Assembly (NCBI GenBank): GCA_000934665.2
Contig: JYFJ02004151.1
Span: 1-34,327, forward strand
Length of the DNA stretch: 34,327 bases
Source: Catajapyx aquilonaris
Taxonomy: Eukaryota
Direction: 5' to 3'
Shown here: positions 20,188-31,874 of the stretch, piece after piece
Numbering within the stretch: position 1 is the stretch's first letter
Layout: every line of letters starts with the position of its first letter
Notes under the pieces: model-generated
Seen by the model: only the letters and a program-made list of their open reading frames with translations
Database searches by the model: none
Told to the model about the DNA's origin: nothing
Position numbers and translations under genes: made by a program

Positions 20188-20766
20188 ATGACCGATGTGG
20201 AAGCTGCAGCAGCCCCGTCCCAGGGCACACCCAAGAAGGAGGCCACCAAGGCCAAGCCCAGCCATCCCAGCACCTCCGAGATGGTGAAGGGGGCCATAAA
20301 CAGCCTGGACGAGAGAGGAGGCTCCTCCCTGCAGGCCATCAAGAAGTACATCGCCTCCAACTACAAGGTGGACGCAGAGAAGGTGGCCCCCGGTGGCCCC
20401 GCTCCTCAAGAGGTACCTGAAGAGCGCTGTGCTCTCCGGAGGGTTGGTCCAGACCAAGGGGAAGGGGGCCAACGGGTCATTCAAGATCGGAGGGGGAAAG
20501 GGGGAGAAGAAGCCGGTCGGGGACAAGAAGAAGGAGGCCAAGGGGAAGAAGGCAGCGGCGCGGCGGCCAAGCCCAAGAAGGCCACTGATGAGGAAAAGAC
20601 CAAGAAGGCGGCCTCCAAGTCGAAGAAGACTCCCGCTGCCAAACCCAAGAAGTCCCCGGCCAAGGCCACCAAACCCAAGACCCCCAAGGAGCCGAAGACT
20701 CTCAAGACCAAGAAGGCTGCAGCCAAGAAGACCACCAAGAAGGCCCCAGCACCCAAGAAGAAGTAA
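20188..20766 (+). pseudogene. H1: Histone H1 with two mutually compensating frameshift insertions
   Basis: Globular domain start [39 protein letters not shown] 10-nt tandem duplication at 20382-20400 shifts [28 protein letters not shown] into frame 20393. The original frame returns near 20560 for the K/A/P-rich tail. Confidence 0.9.
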
Positions 20767-20861
20767 ATTGCTCCCGATGATGCGATGGGAGTAGGACGAA
20801 GATGCCCGGCCGTCCCACCACCTTTCGGGCTGGCATTTTAGAAAAAGGACTATTTAAAAAC

Positions 20862-20877
20862 GGCCCTTTTCAGGGCC
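20862..20877 (+). terminator. Histone 3' stem-loop (H1)
   Basis: GGCCCTTTTCAGGGCC accca, then a downstream element tcagaaagaga near 20889-20899. Confidence 0.95.
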
Positions 20878-22034
20878 ACCCACATTAATCAGAAAGAGAC
20901 ACAATAATGCAAAACCAATTGTATTTTTCCACGGGTACCTTCCCCGCCAATAAAGAACCAATATTTCCTCTCCTGGTTCATATGGATGCGGGGAAAAGCG
21001 TCATCGTCCACTGATAGAAAACCAGACCATCGTGATTGAGTTAAAGGTCCACAAATCCCAATTATTTGGTGGTAGGACCAGTTTAGTACTCTCCAAAACC
21101 AGTGTTTCGTACACCCCGCCCAATGAACAGCGATATGAGCTCACCCTACCAACTGTTCCTTTGCAGCCACAGCAATGCGACCTCTATTGTATCGATGGGT
21201 AAAAACGCGATTTTTGAAAAGCAGTGACAACGTGATTGCTCACTATTGCTCACCACGATCGAGATTTCTCTGAAAGCAAATACTTCACAATTGATGTGCT
21301 TGTTCCCATACGATACGTATGAGAATTGTAGAGGTAGTAAATGAATTCGTGAAGAACTGGAGTCAGTTTTGCATCCTTTGTGACCGAATTAAATCAAACA
21401 ACGATTAGAGCATGTAACTTCTCGTGTAACCCGTGATTTCACAATATGAGTGATTTTCAAACGCGACGTTATTGTGGGACCGTAATCCAAGATGTCTCCT
21501 CAGTTCGCATTGTTCCCTCCTCCTTCGCTGCTGATGGTAATCCCCAGTGATCATTCCTCAGGAGCAGTCACAGGTGATGGTGATGTCGCAACTCGCAAGT
21601 GTACCAGATGGGCCAGTGCTCGTGCCAGCAGTCAAAGATGATGATGAAGAAGAGTATATTGAAGCTCTAGGAAGTGTCCAGCGTTGAGACGATGGACGGG
21701 GTACAGGATGATGCCTGTTTGGTAAGGATGAGTAGTAATGTCCAAGTATTTAGATATACCTCAATAATAATAATTATTAGTGATGTATTTAGTAAGGGCA
21801 AACATAATTGGGGACAGGAGGTGTGACACATGCAAGATTCAGTATGTTCAGTTTCAATGAGCCTGGGTCATGCATGGCTTGCGAGAAAATAATAAATATG
21901 CTTTGCAGATATACCATTAATTTTGAAGGACCTAAATTCTTAGACATGGGACCGATGGAATGCCACACACGTTTTTCTGGTTACATTTCAGAGGAAAACA
22001 AATTTCATAGCCACACACTCCTCCAACACCACAC

Positions 22035-22390
22035 ACTCCAAGCAGCAGCAGGAGTCCACAATGGTTTGTATATCCGCACATTCAAGGAACAGTAGGAAAA
22101 GCACATAAGGACATGCAGTCAGAAGTGTACATGTGTTTTCTTCAAAACCAGTTTTGGCGCTACAATAGTTTGCTCTTCTAGTTGCCGTTCAATGGGTTGC
22201 ACATGACAATCCACATGATGCTGTTGGACCAGGTCCTGAGCCTCCTACAGGTGAGGTGGATGGTGGGGTACATGATGTTATTGTACCGCTGGTAGTGCCT
22301 GCTGGAGGTGAAACCGTTGGTCACTTGCATGTTGGCCTGCCTGCGGATGTTCAACTCCAAGCAGCAGCAGGAGTCCACAATGGTTTGTAT
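22035..22390 (+). repeat. 37-bp perfect direct repeat pair (22035-22071 and 22354-22390)
   Basis: actccaagcagcagcaggagtccacaatggtttgtat occurs twice. Confidence 0.9.
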
Positions 22391-22490
22391 GCACATAATA
22401 ACATATTTACCTGATGCTGATGTTCCTATACTTGTGGTAATCACAGAACAAGCCTAAATATAATGCAAGGTTCATTAATCCTAAATCATG

Positions 22491-22856
22491 GGGGAGGCAC
22501 GGTGGCCGAGATGGTAACGTCTCGGCTTGCTATGCGAAAGGTCCCGGGATCAAATCCCCACCCGGGAGCAAACCTTTCGCTTGCGTCATTGGGTCGTGAC
22601 CCTTGCCTAAGGAGGCGTCTTGGCAACCTGACCTCCTGGGGGACTGCACCTGGCCCACCGCTGGACAATGCACCTGCACAAGTGTCCCCTCCCCAAATCC
22701 CCCTACCCTTACCCAATTTCCAAGTATTCCTTGCGCCGGTGATCGAAGAAAAATACAAGTTGAAAACTGTATGGTGGTCTGCCACCCCCTATAACGACCT
22801 AGTAGTTGTATCACGGGGTAAATAAAATAAAATAAAATAATAATAAATAAATAAAA
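22491..22856 (+). mobile_element. tRNA-derived SINE with (TAAAA)n tail and a 15-bp TSD
   Basis: A box TGGCCGAGATGG, B box GGATCAAATCC, tail 22819-22856; TSD taatcctaaatcatg (22476-22490) and taatcctagatcatg (22857-22871). Confidence 0.9.
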
Positions 22857-23720
22857 TAATCCTAGATCATGTCAAAATATTTTCTTATGTGTGCCCAACA
22901 ACATGCACCATGTGTTAGTGAATGTGCTATCTTTTTTCTTGCTGCATGCGTACTTCTCCGCATGTTGTGTAGTGATGTTCTTAAGAATTCTTACTTTCAT
23001 CTTTCATGCATTATGTCATTATTTTCATCCGGTCACTCTGCAATTCATTTTTGAATGAAGATCTGATATGCAACATGATGCAAGGCACCCTAGAACCAGA
23101 GATCTTGCTAGAACAATGACGCTTTAGCATAATGTGGAGATCACTGAGTGAATTGATTTTAAAAAGAATTCACAAACTTGCATTACAATAATTGCTATGC
23201 AACTTTGTGATCTGGCAGAAAAGCTGAACCATTACAGAAACTCATGTACTACACATGCAATTCCTACCTCCTAGCAACTAAAGTATTCGACTTGGACCAT
23301 CCTGTACCTCAGATGTTCATTCCTTGTCATGAAGCTTAACTGAATACAGGGTTCCAATGCAGTACGTAAGGCACAGAAAGTGTAATGCAATAAGTGTCAC
23401 AGAACCTGCTCATATTAAATGTAGGCCTCTCGCAGAGTGCTGGTAGGTTCCTGTCTTATCTTAATGCAGATTCTACTTTAAGGTAAGACAGGAACCTTTT
23501 ATTGTAGATCATCTGTTAGCATTCTTGTGCATGAATACAGGCCCAAGGCAATTTGAACTCTGCAACTTACTATTCGTACATTTGAAACCTTTTCACATGA
23601 TCTTCTGTGCATATCTTAATTGCTTTTGCATGTCCTAACTGCTTTTGCATGGCTTCATTGCACACCATTCCTATCTTCAGCACGGCCTGCATGCGTAAAG
23701 CTCCCCATACCATGTGCTGC

Positions 23721-25464
23721 CATGAGCATAGACACTTGCATCATTTGTGGGGATTCACCTTCTATCTTGCTTTCAATCACTGAGGCACAGCAATTAGATG
23801 CATACTGTAGGGCCAGTATTTGGTTGCCGAGAGGTGGCTGCCTCTGTAGTTCACATTTGTGAGACCTGACGGAACTTTGCAAGCTGGTGTGACATTTGAC
23901 GGGGTGATCCTGGTGGCTGAAAACACAGAGGTGTCAGTGGATGAGGCTTCCCAGTTGTTCCAGGCCTTACCGTCCTATGCCCAGGCCAGGTCCTCATCCC
24001 CATCCTCATCCAATTCCATATCTTGCCTCACTTTTGATGATGATACCCTCACTGGTGATGAATACCTCACCCTGACAGGCCTGACAGATACCCAGTTCCA
24101 CACTTCCAGCAGCTCCTTCATAACCTGTTTGGGGTGGTCCATGAATCTCCAGGGCGTTCTGTGCGGACTGCGCTAGTAATTTTTCTGGCGAGGCTTCGAA
24201 TGGGATTATCTTTGCGACAACTGGCCACTCTTTTCCGACTTCCCCTGTCCACCATCCAATACACCTGTTCCATAGTCAAAGACACCCTTGTGACCAAGTT
24301 TGTGCCACAGTATCTTGGTTTAGAGGTTGTGGCACGTGACATGGTCATCAGTAACCACACCTCTGTCACGTCACAAAAGTTATTTGCTGGTGGTGAGGCA
24401 GATGTTGCCATTCTGGTATTGGATGGGACCTACATACACATAGAACGTTCTTCCGACTACCCCTCTGCTCGGCGCACCTTCTCGGTCCGCAAACATAGGC
24501 CACTTGTTAAGGCAATGATGTTGGTGACAACAACAGGCTACGTAGTAGATGTGTTCGGTCCCGACCCAGCAGACGGGAAGAACAACGATGCCCAAATCAC
24601 AATAATTGATGTGTGTAAGGCAGGAGCACTCACTTCCTGGCTCCACGAACATGATGTTGTTGTCGTGGACCGTGGGTTCAGAGATTCAGCTTCTTTCTTG
24701 GCAAGTTTGGGGGTGCAGGTGGAGATGCCAAGCTTCCTGGTCAAGGGGCAGCAGCAGTTTACGACAGAGGAAGCAAATAGCTCCAGATATGTGACCAAAG
24801 TTCGCTGGGTAGTAGAGGCAGTAAACGGACGCATCAAGAAGTGGACGCTTCTACAGAATGGGTTGCCTAATAGTATGGTGAGGCACACATTGCAGATTTG
24901 ATCAAGATCACATGTGCCTTGTGCAATGACTTCAGGCCTGACTTCATTGCACCAGGAAAGGGGGGTGATGGTGGGGCTGTGGGCAGAGAGATGTTGTGCA
25001 GATTTTCCCGGATAAATGAGCTCCAAGAACGTGTGCGCCAGGGTCCCCTGAGTAGTCGTGGACGGAGCTGGGCCTTAACTGACCCAGCTGCTGTTCCAGA
25101 CTTTCTTCGTATGGGGGAGGAGGACCTTCATGGTCTGTGTCTGGGGGTGTACCAACTGAAACAGGCAAGGAGTTATGCTAGTGAGCATCTGAGTGTGGAT
25201 GGGATCTATGAGCTGCAGGTGCATGAGTGTGCTAGTGATCTCATCCGAGTTCAGTTGCAATCGAGGCATACTTCGAGTGTGAAGTATCACACCTGGATCA
25301 GCTACCAGCCTACTGAAATTCAGGCTTGGTACTGCTCTTGCAAGGTTGGGGCAAGAACTGTCGGTTGCTGTTCACACATAGCGTCCGTCATATGGTATCT
25401 TGGGTATGCGCGGCATCTGCCTACCCCACCTGTCACTAGGAGTCTTCTGGGGGTTTTTGTGTGA
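23721..25464 (+). mobile_element. Frameshifted PIF/Harbinger-ISL2EU-like DDE transposase with a C-terminal SWIM-like motif
   Basis: HTH region LTGL...ALVIFLARLRMGLSLRQLATLF. Catalytic motifs VLDGTYIHIE, VVDRGFRD and RWVVEAVNGRIK. C-terminal WYCSCKVGARTVGCCSHIASVIWYL. Frameshifts near 23860, 24120 and 24898. Confidence 0.82.
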
Positions 25465-25499
25465 TGCTGCAGGGCCCTCTCGTGCATGAGCATCCACTA

Positions 25500-25530
25500 T
25501 CAGTTCAGTTCAGTTCAGTTTTATTTTTCC
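25500..25530 (-). repeat. (AACTG)n microsatellite preceded by AATAAA on the minus strand, a probable LINE 3' tail remnant
   Basis: cagttcagttcagttcagttttatttt directly after the transposase remnant. Confidence 0.45.
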
Positions 25531-28319
25531 TCCCTGCATCTGTTACCGCATTCACAATATGTTTACAGTCATCAATCAGTCAACAATATTAATAGGATGA
25601 AATACATTCAGTGAAAAAAGGGTAGTAGCCTATATAACACATCCTTGGCAGAATGAAAGTACTGAAACAAGGCAGGCACCTGTTCACCAATTGATTTAAG
25701 CTGTAGGTCTTACTCATGCAATTATTCTCTGTTTATTACTGCTCATGAAGTCTCCCTTCTGAGAAGAGTTCCTTTAGTCACTCCATATAAGTGTGTTTTC
25801 AAATTGCGAACTTCTATATTGAGTACTGGTATAATGAATTTCTAAGTGATTGGTGAGAAATGATGGCCATGACACATTTATGCACAATATTATAATAATG
25901 GATACCCCGCGATAGACCTCCTTGGCCATTTTAGGGAACATTGTTTAATGGTGTGCCTTCCATTTCAGAAGTTGCTTCAGGCCAGTCCCTTCCCAACGAG
26001 TTTGTGTCTGGAAACACTGGAGATGAAAGCAGCGAGTCGATGCCTGCGTGTGACATTGACTCAGAAATAAAAGTGGAGCAAGAGGACTTGGAATCAGACA
26101 AGGTAAGGTCAGGGGTAGATCACGTGAAGGAACAGGTGCTGATAGACTCTCGTGGTGAAATGTCAGGTTTGCAATTTATTTGATGTTGTTCTTGTGGCTG
26201 ACCACCTCCACCTTAAAATAGCAATAAGTGGTTTCATGGAGTTAAAATTTTTTATGATAAATTGGCAGAAAAATAAGAACTTGAGGCATTAAATAATTCA
26301 TGGAATTCTGCCATGGTAGATGTGAGTGTCACGTAATTAAGCACTGGACATGGGACATTGAGTTATTTGGACGCATGATTGGAAACACAGTTTGCAAAAT
26401 GGGCTTGGGAGAGTAAGTAGAAAAATTAAAAGTGCCAGTAGTTAGTCAATTGAATAAAATGTGTTCTCATTTTTTCCAGGGGAGCTGCTATAGGAACGTG
26501 GAAGCAGAGACTGCCAAAAATATCAGTGAAATTGTCGGCAATATTGATTCAGAAGTCAGACATGCAGTAGGTATGGCACATCCTTTATTGTCTCATATGC
26601 ATGGTGAAAGGTATGTAGGCCTACTAGAGTTGAAACCATGCTTTAAAATGTGCCAGTTTCAGTGCTGTTAATAATCCTCCAAATATGCTGAATCTTGATT
26701 TGCTGGGCATGAACTGTGGCCTCAAAGTTGGGAAGTATAATTTGGACCAAGCAGGAGGAATGTACTGTCAGAGGTGGTCAGAGCAGTTCAGCATTGAACT
26801 GGATATGTTTAACTGACCCACTTTATGTGCCATCTGACTCAGCTGTTTTTCTGTGTTCACTTGCAGGTGAAGCAGATTCCTCAACAGATCTTCCAGTCAA
26901 TGAAGAAGTTAATTCTTGGGGGATTCAAGGATTGGACTTGCTTCAAGAGGGAACAGCGAAGCAGGACACAGGCACCGAGAGGTCATTGAGCCAGGTATGG
27001 TCATTACTTGATTACATGAGGAGATGGAAGCTAACAGTGGCTCTCTTTCACCTCGAATCATATTCCGAGGAAATGCAACTATTCAGATTCGATTTGTATG
27101 GCTGCAAATGTGATTCCTGGATATCCTCCTTGTTATGGTATCATGATAACTCATTGTGATGCAGGTGTTTGGCTCAGTTAGCTAGTTAGTGTTAACTGCA
27201 GTACCAGTAGTCTTATTTGCACTGGTACTGCTAAGTTAGCAATATCTAGTAGTGGAAAGATAATTCAACACATTTTTTCGGGCTTCAGTTTTAAATTTGA
27301 TTTTATTGGGCATGCACGGATAATCTGCAGCACGGATAATCCACACCTGGATAATAATTGGCAGTAGGCCTATAGTACAGCGTATTTGTGTGTCAGGAGT
27401 ATAACATCAAAGCAGGCTGTCTAATGCCTGATATTCATTTAGATGCTGTGTCTAGTAATGAAATTACAGTTCTAATGTTATTGAATATGATGTCGGACAA
27501 TGTGTGTCTGCTAAATGCCAGTCCAGCCTGGTCTCGTATGTTTTCCCCCTCACACTCTGGGAAACTCTGCTGACCCCCAGATTTGACAGAGGATACTTAC
27601 GTGGATAGAGTTTCCATGTTCATGTGGGTATTCCCTGGGCTCTCGTTTTCTCCCACACACAAAATCCACCACAGAACATGCAATGATTAAAGTTGGTTGA
27701 AGAAATCCCCTAAAAGGCCCAAGGAGGCCTGTCATGCGGTATCCCCCATAAATAGTTAGCTTGCAAACTTGATGATTATATTTTGGATTTTGATGAAATC
27801 ACCACTTTTGCCAGATGACAAACGGTGAATTATTATGGGTACTCTATGTCTATATTATTATGAATATCCATGTATTTGTGATATTACTTCAGGCCACCAC
27901 TTCTGCAACCTGGGGGAACTCTGAGTCCATCAAAAGTGAGGAGATTCCTTTAGAGGCAAGTGTTTCACGTGATAATTTAGCACATGGTCGTCGTAAAAGA
28001 GTAAAGATGAGAAAGCAGTTTGCTGGAAGTGATCTGAATATATCTGTTGAGAACAAGAGCAGGAATAGATTCACTAATAGTCCTATTGAATATTTCAGGT
28101 TGATGCAATGGAAAAGGCTGAAAATGGCGACTTGCATGTGACTCACTCCAGCGATGAACATGCCCCATCTGCTCACTCAGCTGATGATCCTGATTCTAGC
28201 TCAAGTGGGAACAAAAACCAAAGGCTACAAATGACGGTAAGTTTGAAGTGGTGTTAAGCAAGTCATGGCCAAACACAACTGAAAGTGTTTTTGCCAGATA
28301 ACTTTAACTTGAATCGTAA

Positions 28320-29422
28320 CAGAGGCAGTGAGAGAGGAACAATATGTATTTTTTTGATCGATATTTCACTTCGATTCCTCTTCTAAAAGAACTTGCTAAA
28401 AAAGGAATCAAGGGTACAGGAACGATTCTGATCAATAGAATTCCGAAAAAACAAATCCAGTTAAGGAAGGACAAGGATATGAAGAAGGAGCCTGAGGGTC
28501 CTATGAACAGATGGTGCAGGAAGATGGGGAACTGGTGATTGTAAAATGGCTTGACAACAAACCTGTCCATATGGGATCGAATTTCATCGATCCTCAACCT
28601 GTGGGCCAGCGTGACAGATGGTCCGAAAAGGATCGCATATACATTACAGTTCGCCCATCTAATGTTGGAATTTACTATTTAAAAATGGGCAGGGTTGATC
28701 TTGGTGACAGAATCCTCTGCTTCTTTAGGATGTCTGCCAGGACCAAGAAGTGGATGGCCTACACAATAATGCATTTCATCGATTTAATGATCGTAAATGC
28801 ATGGTTTGAGTATCGAAAGGACCAGGCAGCAATTGGTGCACTATGTAAATCGATATTTCAGCTTTTTGATTTTAAGTTGAAGGTAGCTGAAAGCCTCATA
28901 GGAGCTGTTGATGAAAAACTTTGCAAAATGCAGGCTGCCTACATGCAAGCAGAGGAGCCGCATGAGGTGCAGCAAATGCAAAGTATTTTTGTGCCCCACT
29001 GCAGAGAGAAATTGTTTCAAAGAATTTCATTTATGAAATTTGGGTAATTCAAATGGTCCACTGAGAAAAACAAAAGTGTGTCATTCCTATTTTGCAATTT
29101 CCACTTCCATAATTAAATATAATTAGAAATATAATACAATATATATTATACATAATTATAATTAGAATTATAAATATATTATAATAAATAATAATATATA
29201 ATTATATTTTCAAATTTCAGGCATTTTCAATAATTGAATTTTGTAGAGAGGGTAATATCATACTGAGACCTGAGGTAGAGTATACTGTACCTGAATTTTT
29301 CGCAAAACTGAAGTGTGCAAATATTTTGCAATCCTTTTTTCTTCCTCTTGGCAGACCTTAGAGTAAAAAAACTACTCTGGCAAGTATATTCTTCAAGTAT
29401 TTTTGTCTTCGGTCTCAGGAGG
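28320..29422 (+). mobile_element. piggyBac (PGBD-type) transposase remnant, 5'-truncated and frameshifted
   Basis: YFFDRYFTSIPLL...GTGTILINRI, then VKWLDNKPVHMGSN...MGRVDLGDR...KKW...HFIDLMIVNAW. Candidate right end ...ctcaggagg|TTAA at 29422. Confidence 0.85.
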
Positions 29423-29526
29423 TTAAATAGCATACCAAGTGCTGTTCATATGAATTATTGGGTTAAGTTACGTTGAAAAAAAACAAAACAAAAAAAACAC
29501 GTGTTTTGTGTTTTGATCATGACATA

Positions 29527-29953
29527 CAGGGGTGAATCAAAAGATATTCGACAACTTTTTAAATTACGAAGCCTCACTACAGAAATTTAAACTGACATGC
29601 ACGTATGAAAGGGCAAGTCTCTCTCTGCTTTCCAACACAATCGCAACACGCAGTGATGCACTAATCCCACCACGATGCTAGATTTACAAGCCACAAAATC
29701 AAAAAGCTTCACGCTTGGTGCGAAGTAAGTAGAAAGCAGCCTGTTTCTCTTCTTTGTTGTCGCTGATGGTTTTTCATTGTTTCAGTAGACGATAATAATT
29801 ATAATTTGGGGCCAAGTCAGGGCTACAAGGTGTTGTGCATTAATGTCAAAAAGTAGGGAAAGATGTGCCCTTTCATATGTGTATATGCCAGTTTCAATTT
29901 ATGTGGTGAAAATTTGGAATTTAAAAAGTTGTGCATTACTTTTTGATTTCTGT
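29527..29953 (-). mobile_element. Internally deleted mariner-like element
   Basis: TA-CAGGGG start; degenerate ~90-bp inverted repeats (29527-29620 vs 29862-29953); the minus strand near 29808-29828 encodes SPDLAP. Confidence 0.65.
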
Positions 29954-30486
29954 CGCATTAAACCTTTGGTAGAATTGGCTTCTATCTTGATTTGAAGGAT
30001 CAACTTTAAAATTTGAAGTGCTCATACCTACCTCCCTTACTTTTGAATTCCTTTTAGTGCAAGAGATTAATGCAGCCCACTGAAAGAGAGAGTCCAAACA
30101 TGACTGATGGCTCCTCTGCTGAGTACCATGGAACTTCTGGTGCATAGGATAACGTGAAAGGAAAGGAGTTGCCAGGAAAGAAATGGCTTCGGTGTGATCT
30201 GTGCTCATATAAGATTTAAATCTGTGGGAACTTCAGCAGGCACAAAATTGTTCACAGAACTGGTGAAAAGCGTTTTGGTTGCACTGCCTGTGAAAAGAGA
30301 TTTACCTCTGCAGTTGCATTATTGGGCTGTCCATCTTGGTGTTGCTCCTTTTTCTTGTGAAGTGTGCAATAAGAAGTTTAGTGTGAGGAGGGATTTGGAG
30401 GAGCACAAGGTGACCCACGCTGGCAAAAACCAGCATTCGTGTCAAGTGTGCAAAAAATCCTTTAATCTAGCTAGGCAACTGAAGTA

Positions 30487-30648
30487 CAGTGCTGGCCAAT
30501 AATCGAGGCAACGACTAGCGAAATTTTTCCGAAGCGGCAGAAGATGGAATCTGGCTCGCCCGGCTTGTAGCATGCTTATCATTGATTCCTTTTTCTGCCG
30601 CTTTGGAAAAATGTCGCTAGTCGTTGCCTTGATTATTGGCCAGCACTG
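30487..30648. mobile_element. 162-bp Tc1/mariner-type MITE with TA TSD
   Basis: ta|CAGTGCTGGCCAATAATC...GATTATTGGCCAGCACTG|ta with ~60-bp imperfect TIRs. Confidence 0.92.
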
Positions 30649-31448
30649 TACCACATGCAACTTCACACTGGAGAAAGAGAGCTACACTCTTGCTCTGTTT
30701 GTGGCAAAGGGTTTAGCTGCAAATCTGACTTGATTGTTCCTATGAGGGTTCACACTGGTGAGAAGCCGTATTGTTGTGACATTTGCCAGAAGAAGTTTTC
30801 TCAACGTGGTGCCTTAACTCATCACAAGAAAACCCACACAGGAGCATGCTGGGCATAGAGTTGTGCCATGTGACATTTGCTGCCTTACCTGTCACAAAAC
30901 ACCACATGCTTACGCATGTTGGTGGTGACCCTTCTTGATGTAATTTGCCAAAAAATATATTCTTGCAGTTCATCCCCGAAAACATGTTTAAAAGTGGTTC
31001 ACCAGGAATAAAATCGGTGGAATGATTTTGTGTAATGAGATTCACTCAAATAATTTTATTATGGTTTACCTACACCCATGCCCAACCATGTTGCTGTCTC
31101 AGCGAGACCCAAGGTTACAATAAATAGCACCATGAGGGAAACAAAGCTTCTGATTGACATTAAAATTCTTCCAGCATTTTAATTTTTTGATTCGCAATTA
31201 ATCACAATGGCAGCTGTTGCTCTAAAGACTGATGGAAGTCTCCCTTCGCAACAAGAAGCTTCTGGAACATTTCGTCTCTAGGATGGACTGGTGTCAGGAA
31301 GCCATAGGAAGGATGGAGGGGTGGATGAAACGACGTGGAAAGAAAGGGGCGGAAGGAGAAGTATGAAATGAGCATTTCCATGATTATTCTGAACCACTGC
31401 ACTGTGGAATGGATGTGCATCAGATACTAATGTGTCTTGCATTTTCAG

Positions 31449-31716
31449 AAGTTGCTTCAGGCCAGTCGCTTCCCACCGAGTCTGTTCCTGTCAACACTGG
31501 AGATGCAGTCAGGGAGTTGATGCCTGCCTGTAACATTGAAGAGGAAATAAGAGCAAAAACATTCCCTTCGGTGAAAAAAAGGGTAAGACCTCTGTGGCGG
31601 AATGAAAGTACTGAAACAAGGCAGGGGCACTTAAGACCTTCACCAATTGATTTAAGCTGTACCACAGGTCTTACTCAAGCAATTACCAATTTACTGCTCA
31701 GGAAGTCTCCTTTCTG
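31449..31716 (+). repeat. Duplicated zinc-finger-gene exon fragment (copy of 25969-26070) fused to a copy of 25610-25762
   Basis: tttcagaagttgcttcaggccagtc...tgcctgc and gaatgaaagtactgaaacaaggcagg...ttcaccaattgatttaagctgta recur. Confidence 0.85.
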
Positions 31717-31874
31717 AAAACAATTTGTGGAATTTTCGTTATACTACTAGTTACTTCTAACTTAGCAGTACCAGTGTAGTGCAATGGTACTGCTAAATTA
31801 CCAGTAGGCCTAACTATAGTTACTAGTAGTACTACGAAAATTCCACCCATTAGTTTTCCGTGAGCCACTCCATA

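Larger units (their letters stand above)
25969..30960 (+). pseudogene. Multi-exon C2H2 zinc-finger gene with a disrupted finger exon. Candidate exons: 25969-26102, 26480-26570, 26867-26994, 27893-27955, 28099-28236 and ~30057-30960
   Basis: Phase-compatible open exons with good splice sites (EIKVEQED, IKSEE motifs). The finger array CDLC..H, TGEKRFGCTAC, CEVCNKKF..HKVTH, CQVCKKSF, CSVCGKGF, HTGEKPYCCDICQKKFSQRGALTHHKKTH has an in-frame stop, frameshifts and a MITE insertion. Confidence 0.7.

Noticed and set aside
21480..21726. Exon-like GC-richer stretch ending in a GTAAGG donor
   Set aside because: No sustained open frame or recognisable protein motif.
22491..22577. Possible tRNA gene
   Set aside because: It is the head of a SINE (body, A-rich tail, TSD); no convincing cloverleaf or oligo-T terminator.
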